From Erwinia sp. (lineage in GTDB: Bacteria; Pseudomonadota; Gammaproteobacteria; Enterobacterales; Enterobacteriaceae): a DNA stretch of 49,416 nucleotides. How positions within the stretch are numbered: position 1 is the stretch's first letter; every line of letters begins with the position of its first letter. Under the pieces are notes generated by a model. That model worked only from the letters and a program-made list of their open reading frames with translations. It did no database searches and was not told the origin of the DNA. The DNA lies in the NCBI RefSeq assembly GCF_031978025.1, contig NZ_DALZCD010000001.1, positions 1 through 49,416 on the forward strand, given 5' to 3'. The translations under genes were made by a program, and so were the position numbers. Of this stretch, positions 41,603-49,416 are shown in pieces.

Positions 41603-42649
41603 ATGCAGAAATTTAATCCGGTCGATCATCCGCATCGCCGCTATAACCCACTGTCCGATCAGTGGATTCTGGTTTCTCCGCATCGTGCCAAGCGCCCATG
41701 GCAAGGCGCGCAGGAGACACCTTCTCAGGAGAAGCTGCCTGCGCACGACCCGGACTGTTTTCTTTGCCCGGGTAACACGCGCGTAACCGGCGATAAAAAT
41801 CCCGATTACACCAGCACCTACGTGTTTACCAATGACTTTGCCGCGCTGATGACCGATACGCCAGACGCACCGGAAAGCGACGATTTACTCATGCGCTGCG
41901 AAAGCGCACGCGGCACCAGCCGGGTAATCTGTTTTTCGCCGGATCACAGCAAAACGCTGCCTGAGTTGTCGGTTGCCGCGCTGGAAGATGTGGTTCGCAC
42001 CTGGCAGGAGCAGACGGCCGATCTGGGCCAGCACTACCCGTGGGTGCAGGTGTTTGAGAACAAAGGTGCGGCGATGGGCTGCTCCAATCCGCATCCACAC
42101 GGCCAGGTCTGGGCCAACAGTTTTCTGCCTAACGAAGCCAAACGCGAGGACGATCTCCAGCGCGCTTATTTTGCGAAAAACCAGTCGCCGATGCTGGTGG
42201 ATTACGCCAGTCGCGAACTGAATGACGGCAGCCGTACGGTAGTGGAAACCGAACACTGGCTGGCCGTAGTGCCCTGGTGGGCCGCCTGGCCATTCGAGAC
42301 GCTGCTGCTGCCAAAAGCGCACGTCAAGCGCCTGAACGACTTAACGGACGCGCAGCGAGCCGACCTGGCCTTGGCGCTGAAAAAGCTGACCAGCCGTTAT
42401 GACAACCTGTTCCAGTGCTCATTTCCCTACTCGATGGGCTGGCACGGCGCACCCTACAATGACGACGCCAACGACCACTGGCAGCTTCATGCGCATTTCT
42501 ATCCGCCGCTGCTGCGTTCCGCCACGGTACGCAAGTTTATGGTTGGCTATGAAATGCTGGCCGAAACCCAACGTGACCTGACGGCGGAGCAGGCGGCTGA
42601 ACGTCTGCGTGCCGTCAGCGATATTCATTTCCGCGAGACCGGAGCATAA
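41603..42649 (+). CDS. galT: Galactose-1-phosphate uridylyltransferase
   Basis: [20 protein letters not shown], catalytic CSNPHPHGQ. Confidence 0.97.
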   Translation: MQKFNPVDHPHRRYNPLSDQWILVSPHRAKRPWQGAQETPSQEKLPAHDPDCFLCPGNTRVTGDKNPDYTSTYVFTNDFAALMTDTPDAPESDDLLMRCESARGTSRVICFSPDHSKTLPELSVAALEDVVRTWQEQTADLGQHYPWVQVFENKGAAMGCSNPHPHGQVWANSFLPNEAKREDDLQRAYFAKNQSPMLVDYASRELNDGSRTVVETEHWLAVVPWWAAWPFETLLLPKAHVKRLNDLTDAQRADLALALKKLTSRYDNLFQCSFPYSMGWHGAPYNDDANDHWQLHAHFYPPLLRSATVRKFMVGYEMLAETQRDLTAEQAAERLRAVSDIHFRETGA

Positions 42650-42651
42650 CC

Positions 42652-43800
42652 ATGCATTTAAAAACTTTGACCCAACAGCTTTTCAGCGAGAAATTTGGCT
42701 ATGCTGCGCCGCAAACTTTCCAGGCGCCGGGCCGTGTTAATTTGATTGGCGAGCACACCGACTATAACGACGGCTTTGTGTTGCCCTGCGCCATTGATTA
42801 CCAGACTGTTATCGCCTGCGCTAAGCGTGACGATCGCCAGGTGCGTGTCATCGCCGCCGACTATGAAAATCAGGAAGATATTTTTTCGCTGGATGAACCG
42901 ATCGTGCCACATGACACCCAGATGTGGTCAAACTACGTCCGTGGCGTGGTCAAACATCTGCAAAAACGCAGCCCCGATTTCGGTGGCGTGGATATGGTCA
43001 TTGCAGGCAACGTGCCGCAGGGTGCGGGCCTGAGCTCCTCCGCCTCGCTGGAAGTGGCGGTCGGCACCGTGTTTCGCCACCTGTTTGATCTGCCGCTGGA
43101 CGGCGCGCAGATTGCCGTAAACGGCCAGGAAGCGGAAAACCAGTTTGTCGGCTGTAACTGCGGCATCATGGATCAGCTGATTTCGGCGCTGGGCGAGAAA
43201 GATCATGCCATGCTGCTGGATTGCCGCACGCTGGGTACGCGACCGGTACCGATGCCGGAAGATATCGCCGTGGTGATTATTAACTCTAACTTCCGCCGCA
43301 ATCTGGTCGGCAGCGAGTACAACACGCGGCGTCAGCAGTGCGAAGCGGGCGCAAAGTTCTTCAATAAAGATTCACTGCGTGATGTCGATCTGGCGCAATT
43401 TTCTGAGAAGGAACAGGCACTCGATCCGCTGGTGGCCAAACGTGTTCGCCACGTGCTGACCGAAAATGCGCGTACGCTGGAAGCCGCCGACGCGTTGGCC
43501 AGAGGCGACCTGGCGCGTATCGCCGTGCTGATGGCGGAATCTCACGCCTCCATGCGTGATGATTTTGAAATCACCGTGCCGCCAATCGATACCCTGGTCA
43601 CCATTGTGAAAAACAGCCTGGGCGATCGCGGCGGCGTGCGCATGACCGGCGGCGGCTTTGGCGGCTGTGTGGTCGCGCTGATGCCGTTGGATCTGGTCGA
43701 CAGCGTAAAAGCGGCCGTAGCGGAGCAGTACGAAGCGCAATCCGGCATTAAAGAAACCTTTTACGTTTGCAAAGCCTCAGAAGGAGCCGGCCCATGCTGA
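42652..43800 (+). CDS. galK: Galactokinase
   Basis: [39 protein letters not shown]. Confidence 0.97.
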   Translation: MHLKTLTQQLFSEKFGYAAPQTFQAPGRVNLIGEHTDYNDGFVLPCAIDYQTVIACAKRDDRQVRVIAADYENQEDIFSLDEPIVPHDTQMWSNYVRGVVKHLQKRSPDFGGVDMVIAGNVPQGAGLSSSASLEVAVGTVFRHLFDLPLDGAQIAVNGQEAENQFVGCNCGIMDQLISALGEKDHAMLLDCRTLGTRPVPMPEDIAVVIINSNFRRNLVGSEYNTRRQQCEAGAKFFNKDSLRDVDLAQFSEKEQALDPLVAKRVRHVLTENARTLEAADALARGDLARIAVLMAESHASMRDDFEITVPPIDTLVTIVKNSLGDRGGVRMTGGGFGGCVVALMPLDLVDSVKAAVAEQYEAQSGIKETFYVCKASEGAGPC

Positions 43801-44825
43801 GTCCTTCCCAGGCGCCGGACGGCCAGCCTTGGCGCATTACTACGCTACGCAACGCAGGTGGCATGGTCGCGACCTTTATGGACTGGGGCGCAACCTGGCT
43901 TTCTGCCCGAGTGCCGATGAAAGACGGCAGCGTGCGTGAAGCTTTGCTGGGCTGCGCCACGCCATCTGCTTACCTTCATCAGACGGCCTACCTGGGCGCA
44001 ACGGTGGGCCGCTACGCCAACCGTATCGCTAACGCCACCTTTGCCGCAGGCGAACAGCGCTGGCAGCTGGCAGCCAATCAGGGCAAGCACCAGCTGCACG
44101 GCGGGCCAGAAGGCTTTCACGCTCGTCGCTGGCAGATTGTCAGCCAGACCGGTCAGGAAGTGACCTACCAGCTGGACTCGCCCGACGGCGACCAGGGCTA
44201 TCCGGGCAATTTGCAGGTCACCCTGCTCTATCGGCTGGAAGAGGACAATACGCTCACTATCCGCTATCACGCTACGGTGGATCAGGCCTGTCCGGTGAAT
44301 CTGACCAACCATGCCTATTTCAATCTTGATGCCGAACATAATGATGCCCGTCATCATCGCCTGCGCCTGCGTGCAGACCACTATTTGCCGGTGGACAGTG
44401 AAGGCATTCCCAACCGGCCGCTGACCGACGTCAACAACACCGGTTTTGACTTCAGAGAAATCAAAACGGTGGCCCAGGACTTCCTGCTGGATGACGATCA
44501 GCGCGCGGTGAAAGGCTACGATCACGCGTTTCTGCTGAACGGTGCCGACGACCAACAGCCGGATGCCGAACTGTGGTCAGCGGATGGCAGGCTGAAGCTG
44601 AGCGTGTTTACCACCGCCCCCGCGCTGCAATTCTATTCGGGGAATTATCTGGAAGGCACCCCGGCTCGTGAGCAGGGCGTCTATACTGCCTTTCAGGGTA
44701 TTGCGCTGGAGAGCGAGTTTTTACCCGACTCGCCTAATCATCCTGAATGGCCGCAGCCCGACTGCTGGCTGAAGCCAGGTGAATCGTATCAGTCAGAAAC
44801 GCGTTATCGCCTGACGCCGCTTTGA
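43794..44825 (+). CDS. galM: Galactose mutarotase (aldose 1-epimerase)
   Basis: ATG at 43794 after AGGAG, overlapping gal[28 protein letters not shown]. Confidence 0.95.
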   Translation: MLSPSQAPDGQPWRITTLRNAGGMVATFMDWGATWLSARVPMKDGSVREALLGCATPSAYLHQTAYLGATVGRYANRIANATFAAGEQRWQLAANQGKHQLHGGPEGFHARRWQIVSQTGQEVTYQLDSPDGDQGYPGNLQVTLLYRLEEDNTLTIRYHATVDQACPVNLTNHAYFNLDAEHNDARHHRLRLRADHYLPVDSEGIPNRPLTDVNNTGFDFREIKTVAQDFLLDDDQRAVKGYDHAFLLNGADDQQPDAELWSADGRLKLSVFTTAPALQFYSGNYLEGTPAREQGVYTAFQGIALESEFLPDSPNHPEWPQPDCWLKPGESYQSETRYRLTPL

Positions 44826-44970
44826 TTAAGCGCATGAAAAACGTGCATCGCACCTGCGGCAGGCTTACGTGCCGCGAAGATTTCCGCTATGGTAATGGCC
44901 AGTTAAAATTGCGTCGGCAATTTTCGCTTTCCGTTATCTTAGAAACGTCAGATTATTAAGGAGTTAAGCT

Positions 44971-45723
44971 ATGGCTGTAACTAAGCTGGTTCTGGTACGT
45001 CACGGCGAAAGCCAGTGGAACAACGAAAACCGCTTTACCGGATGGTACGATGTTGATCTGTCCGATAAAGGGCGTACCGAAGCGAAAGCGGCGGGTCAGC
45101 TGCTGAAAAAAGAAGGCTTTACCTTCGATTTCGCTTATACCTCCGTGCTGAAACGTGCCATCCACACGCTGTGGAACATTCTTGACGAAGTGGATCAGGC
45201 CTGGCTGCCGGTTGAAAAATCCTGGCGCCTGAACGAGCGTCACTACGGTGCGCTGCAGGGTCTGGACAAAGCGGAAACCGCCCAGAAATATGGCGATGAG
45301 CAGGTTAAGCAGTGGCGTCGCGGCTTTGCGGTTACACCACCGGAGCTGGATCGCGCTGACGAACGCTTCCCTGGCCATGACCCACGCTACGCCGCGCTGA
45401 CCGCTGAGCAGCTGCCAACCACCGAAAGCCTGGCGCTGACCATCGATCGCGTACTGCCTTACTGGAACGAGTCTATTCTGCCTCGCATGAAGAAAGGCGA
45501 AAAAGTGATCATTGCCGCACACGGCAACTCACTGCGTGCGCTGGTGAAATATCTGGATGATATGAGTGAAGAGGCGATCCTGGAACTGAATATCCCAACC
45601 GGCGTGCCGCTGGTGTATGAGTTCGACGAAAACTTCAAGCCAATCAAACACTACTACCTGGGCGATGCGGACGAGATCGCGGCTAAAGCCGCCGCCGTAG
45701 CCAACCAGGGTAAAGCGAAGTAA
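44971..45723 (+). CDS. gpmA: 2,3-bisphosphoglycerate-dependent phosphoglycerate mutase
   Basis: [24 protein letters not shown]. Confidence 0.97.
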   Translation: MAVTKLVLVRHGESQWNNENRFTGWYDVDLSDKGRTEAKAAGQLLKKEGFTFDFAYTSVLKRAIHTLWNILDEVDQAWLPVEKSWRLNERHYGALQGLDKAETAQKYGDEQVKQWRRGFAVTPPELDRADERFPGHDPRYAALTAEQLPTTESLALTIDRVLPYWNESILPRMKKGEKVIIAAHGNSLRALVKYLDDMSEEAILELNIPTGVPLVYEFDENFKPIKHYYLGDADEIAAKAAAVANQGKAK

Positions 45724-45732
45724 TCCCCTCTG

Positions 45733-45761
45733 AAAAAATCCGCCGAAAGGCGGATTTTTTT
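45733..45761. terminator. Bidirectional terminator between gpmA and aroG
   Basis: AAAAAATCCGCC-GAAA-GGCGGATTTTTTT. Confidence 0.92.
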
Positions 45762-45778
45762 ATGTCGCGTTTGCGAGC

Positions 45779-46831
45779 CTACCCGCGCCGCGCTTTCACT
45801 GCCTGCGCTAACTGGCGCAATACGGTTTCGGTATCTTCCCAGCCGATACAGCCATCCGTCACGCTCTTGCCGTAGACCAGCGGCTCTCCGCTTTCCAGAT
45901 TTTGATTCCCTTCCACCAGATGACTTTCGATCATTACGCCGATAATCGCTGTTTCGCCGCCCGCGATCTGCTGCGCCACGTCGTCCGCCACGGTCAGCTG
46001 CTTTTTAAACTGCTTGCTGCTGTTAGCATGGCTAAAGTCGATCATAATTTGCGGCTCCAGGCCCGCTTTCGCCAGCCCTGCTTTCACCTCTTCCACATGC
46101 TGCGCGCTGTAGTTGGGCTCTTTACCGCCGCGCAGAATAATGTGGCAATCACCGTTGCCGCTGGTTTCCACAATGGCAGAATGCCCGTATTTGGTTACCG
46201 ACAGGAAGCAGTGCGGGGCGCTGGCAGCGTTAATCGCGTCAATCGCCACTTTAATGGTGCCATCGGTGCCGTTTTTGAAACCCACCGGACAGGAAAGGCC
46301 AGAAGAAAGCTCGCGGTGTACCTGGGATTCCGTGGTGCGGGCGCCAATCGCCCCCCAGCTCATCAGATCGGCCACGTACTGCGGCGTGATCATATCCAGG
46401 AACTCGCCCGCCGCCGGCAGACCGGTGTCGTTGATATCCACCAGCAGCTTGCGCGCAATGCGCAGACCGTCGTTGATCTGGTAGCTGTTATCCATATGAG
46501 GATCATTGATCAGCCCTTTCCAGCCGACCGTTGTGCGCGGTTTTTCAAAGTAAACGCGCATCACCACTTCCAGCGAGTCGCTCAGCTCTTCACGCAGCTT
46601 CAGCAGGCGGGATGCATACTCCTTTGCCGCCCCGGTATCGTGAATGGAACAGGGGCCGATCACCACCAGCAGGCGATCGTCCTTTTTTTGCAGGATATGG
46701 TGAATGGCCTGGCGGGTATCAGCGACAGTTTTAACTGCCGTCTCCGTGGCAGGAAATTTTTCGAGCAGCGCAACGGGAGGTAAAAGTTCTTTTATTTCTT
46801 TAATTCTTAAGTCATCATTCTGATAATTCAT
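45779..46831 (-). CDS. aroG: Phe-sensitive DAHP synthase
   Basis: MNYQNDDLRIKEIKELLPP start, GPCSIHD, RVYFEKPRT, GARTTESQVHR. Confidence 0.95.
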   Translation of the reverse strand: MNYQNDDLRIKEIKELLPPVALLEKFPATETAVKTVADTRQAIHHILQKKDDRLLVVIGPCSIHDTGAAKEYASRLLKLREELSDSLEVVMRVYFEKPRTTVGWKGLINDPHMDNSYQINDGLRIARKLLVDINDTGLPAAGEFLDMITPQYVADLMSWGAIGARTTESQVHRELSSGLSCPVGFKNGTDGTIKVAIDAINAASAPHCFLSVTKYGHSAIVETSGNGDCHIILRGGKEPNYSAQHVEEVKAGLAKAGLEPQIMIDFSHANSSKQFKKQLTVADDVAQQIAGGETAIIGVMIESHLVEGNQNLESGEPLVYGKSVTDGCIGWEDTETVLRQLAQAVKARRG

Positions 46832-47124
46832 AATATTTCCAGATAGTTACTGAGCCGTACTGCACACCAGGCGCATCAGAACCAATTTATCGCGTGTGCC
46901 CCACCCTGTAAATCGACTTTGCGCAAATTATTATCAGTATGAGTTGCCGTTTTCGCGCTTTTTACTACACTTTTACCTGTTGATACTTAAAAAAAACGCC
47001 CGGCGATCGCGGACTTTATCCTCTCGTATCGCCTGCGTAAGAAGAGGTACTCTCTTCCATTTATGCAAACCGCTTTTTTAGCAGGGTTTGGTTCGCCAAG
47101 ACGCAAAAAAATTAACGGAGTAAG

Positions 47125-47481
47125 ATGATGAAAAAGTTTGCAATCGTTTTCCTGACAGCAGCAATGGCTCTGGGCAGCGCTTCCGCTATGGCAGAGGGAA
47201 GCAATAACGGCACCGCTAACCAGGCGGCAGACGCCGGTGCGGCTGCAGGCGGCGCGAAACAGAACATTGCGCCGAACAAAGTTAACAACAACGATATCAA
47301 TAACACTGGCGACGCCACGCAACACAAAACGACTCATCACGCGAAAAAGACTCACCATGCCAAGAAAATGACCGCGGATGAGATCGACAAAAATACCCAG
47401 TGTAAAGATGGTAAGTGTCCGGACATTAACCAGAAAGTAGGCCCGGGTACCGACAGAAAAACCGACGGTACCTCACAGTAA
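47125..47481 (+). CDS. ybgS: YbgS-like secreted protein
   Basis: Signal peptide (ASAMA), NNGTANQAADAG, KNTQCKDGKCPDIN, KTDGTSQ; between aroG and zitB as in E. coli. Confidence 0.85.
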   Translation: MMKKFAIVFLTAAMALGSASAMAEGSNNGTANQAADAGAAAGGAKQNIAPNKVNNNDINNTGDATQHKTTHHAKKTHHAKKMTADEIDKNTQCKDGKCPDINQKVGPGTDRKTDGTSQ

Positions 47482-47498
47482 GCTGACCGCCGGACAAG

Positions 47499-47527
47499 AA
47501 AAAGGAGAGCTAAGGCTCTCCTTTTTT
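47499..47527 (+). terminator. Terminator after ybgS
   Basis: AAAAAGGAGAGC-TAAG-GCTCTCCTTTTTT. Confidence 0.9.
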
Positions 47528-47635
47528 ATTGGGCGCTGTAAAGGGTAAAACTGCGTATCCGTAATAAAAACCTCGTCACGGAGACGCATTATTTCTTGAT
47601 ATAATAAAGCAGGTTTATTGAAAACATGGATAATT

Positions 47636-48565
47636 ATGGCGCACTCGCATTCTCATAGCGGTGGAAACCGCAATCGTTTACTGGCCGCCTTTCTGGTAAC
47701 GGCCGTTTTTATGGTCGCAGAAGTAGTTGGCGGCCTGCTTTCCGGCTCGCTGGCGCTGCTGGCCGACGCCGGTCATATGCTGACGGACGCCGCCGCGCTG
47801 TTAATGGCGCTTTTAGCCGTGCAGTTTGGCAGCCGCAAGCCCAACGCGAGCCATACCTTTGGCCTGCTGCGGCTGACCACGCTGGCCGCTTTCGTCAATG
47901 CTATCGCTTTGATAGCGATCACGGCGCTGATCGTCTGGGAAGCCGTGCAACGCTTTATGCATCCTGAACCCGTTGCCGGGGGCTTTATGTTGGGCATAGC
48001 CGTGGCGGGCCTGCTGGCCAACCTGCTCTCTTTCTGGCTACTGCATCACGGCAGCGAAGAGAAGAACATTAATGTTCGTGCCGCCGCCCTGCATGTGATG
48101 GGCGATTTACTGGGTTCCGTCGGCGCCATTGCCGCCGCACTGATTATTATGTTTACCGGCTGGACGCCGATTGACCCGATTTTGTCGCTGTTGGTGTCGG
48201 TTCTGGTGCTGCGTAGCGCCTGGGCACTGCTAAAAGAGAGTTTTCATGAGTTGCTGGAAGGTACGCCGCCGCAGCTGAATGTAGAGAAGCTGAAGCGGGC
48301 GTTAACGCGTGATATTCCTGAAGTACGCAACGTGCATCACGTTCATCTGTGGCTGGTGGGTGAAAAACCCGTGATTACGCTGCATACGCAGGTGATCCCG
48401 CCTTACGATCATGACGCCCTGCTGCACCGTATTCATGACTATCTGCATGAACACTATCAGATTGAACATGCTACGGTGCAAATGGAGTACGAAAGCTGTG
48501 ACGATGGCGACTGCGAGCTGTCATGGGGAAAAGCGGGGCACGAGCACGCTCACCATCACCACTGA
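47636..48565 (+). CDS. zitB: CDF-family zinc efflux transporter ZitB
   Basis: ATG at 47636 gives [40 protein letters not shown]; His-rich tail. Confidence 0.93.
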   Translation: MAHSHSHSGGNRNRLLAAFLVTAVFMVAEVVGGLLSGSLALLADAGHMLTDAAALLMALLAVQFGSRKPNASHTFGLLRLTTLAAFVNAIALIAITALIVWEAVQRFMHPEPVAGGFMLGIAVAGLLANLLSFWLLHHGSEEKNINVRAAALHVMGDLLGSVGAIAAALIIMFTGWTPIDPILSLLVSVLVLRSAWALLKESFHELLEGTPPQLNVEKLKRALTRDIPEVRNVHHVHLWLVGEKPVITLHTQVIPPYDHDALLHRIHDYLHEHYQIEHATVQMEYESCDDGDCELSWGKAGHEHAHHHH

Positions 48566-49273
48566 TTAAGCCAGCGCCTGCCTGCGGGCGCTTTTAATCC
48601 ATAGCCAGGCGCCATTCAGGGCAATCAGCGTCAGAATAGCGTATTCCAGTGACATCGCGTAGACGCCCTGACGAGCAAAAACCATCACGCTGATCGCATC
48701 AATCACCACCCACAGCAGCCAGTTCTCCACATATTTCCGCGTCATTAAAATCATCGCAACCACCGACAACACCAGCAAACAGGAATCCCAAAATGGGAAA
48801 GCGTCCGGCTGCAGCTGTGGCATCGCCACCGCCAGTCCCAGCGTCTGCATCAGCTTTACGGCAATCTCCGTCAGCCAGGCAAAGACCGGATTGATGTAAA
48901 GGGTCATCAGCGTGACCGCCACTACGCTGAACAGCGTCCAGCCCAGCGCTTTCGGCAGCCCCAGCCAGCGAATGTGCAACGCCTGCTGATTATCGCTGGT
49001 CTGCCGCGTCCAGGCGTACCAGCCATAGACGTTGGCAGCAAAGAAAAAGATCTGCAGCAACAGGCTGGCATAAAGCTGGATCTGGAAGAAGATTACCGCG
49101 AAAAGCGTGACGTTAAGTAAACCAAAAACGTAGTTGATGTTTTTTTCAAGGCTGGCGAGCCAGATACAGAGCAGACCTGCCAGCGTCCCAATTGCCTCAA
49201 TCCAGGAAAGATCGTAGCCGCCCGCGCCTAAAGGGATATGGGCTAAGATATTTTGCGTGCTGAAAAAATCCAT
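48566..49273 (-). CDS. pnuC: Nicotinamide riboside transporter PnuC
   Basis: MDFFSTQNIL, YDLSWIEA, PDAFPFWDS, RKYVENWLLW. Confidence 0.95.
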   Translation of the reverse strand: MDFFSTQNILAHIPLGAGGYDLSWIEAIGTLAGLLCIWLASLEKNINYVFGLLNVTLFAVIFFQIQLYASLLLQIFFFAANVYGWYAWTRQTSDNQQALHIRWLGLPKALGWTLFSVVAVTLMTLYINPVFAWLTEIAVKLMQTLGLAVAMPQLQPDAFPFWDSCLLVLSVVAMILMTRKYVENWLLWVVIDAISVMVFARQGVYAMSLEYAILTLIALNGAWLWIKSARRQALA

Positions 49274-49301
49274 GTTGGCACCTTGTACCTGAAAACAGGC
49301 G

Positions 49302-49416
49302 TTATTTTAATGATGCAGCAAAGGTTAGCATACGATCCAGAGAGCGTAACGCGCCTTCACGCAGCGCCGCATCGACGTGGATTTCATGTTCACTGCCGCC
49401 GTGCTCCAGCCCTTCT
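49302..49416 (-). CDS. nadA: Quinolinate synthase NadA, C-terminal end only
   Basis: Manual translation ...[41 protein letters not shown] resembles the NadA C-terminus; nadA-pnuC synteny. Confidence 0.88.
   Translation of the reverse strand, partial: EGLEHGGSEHEIHVDAALREGALRSLDRMLTFAASLK

Noticed and set aside
45902..46783. 293-aa ORF antisense to aroG
   Set aside because: Shadow ORF expected from codon bias; the same applies to those opposite clsB, bioB, the DJ-1 gene, galM and gpmA.
46907..46924. TyrR box upstream of aroG
   Set aside because: Left half TGTAAA is perfect but the right half (TTGCGC) matches TTTACA at only 2/6; too weak to call.

Overview
A core-chromosome window from an Enterobacterales bacterium, most likely Erwiniaceae (Erwinia/Pantoea-like; inferred from gene content and a gal operon without galE). 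It is largely syntenic with the E. coli ldtB-rhlE-ybh-moa-uvrB-bio-pgl-mod-gal-gpmA-aroG-zitB-pnuC-nadA region. Genes in order: ldtB (partial), orphan treB, DUF481 outer-membrane protein, Pit transporter, YhhS-type MFS, dusC, rhlE, ybhQ, ybhP-clsB-ybhN, ybhL, a chemoreceptor, DUF1615 lipoprotein, moaABCDE, yvcK, uvrB, an orphan UrtE/LivF-like ABC ATPase, bioBFCD/bioA, curA-DJ-1-ybhB, pgl, ybhA, modABC, acrZ (absent from the ORF track), modEF, galTKM, gpmA, aroG, ybgS, zitB, pnuC, nadA (partial). Regulatory sites readable in the DNA include the Moco RNA, two ModE boxes, a LexA box, DARS1-like DnaA boxes, the biotin operator, two GalR operators, a FliA promoter, a PHO-like box and NtrC boxes with a sigma54 promoter. 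I found no CRISPR array, tRNA/rRNA, transposase, integrase or new multi-gene system. The best leads are the apparently Ntr/sigma54-controlled orphan ABC ATPase with a degenerate signature motif, three long intergenic stretches with repeat or hairpin structure, and a rearranged gal operator layout. All family assignments come from motif recognition and synteny; no searches were run.
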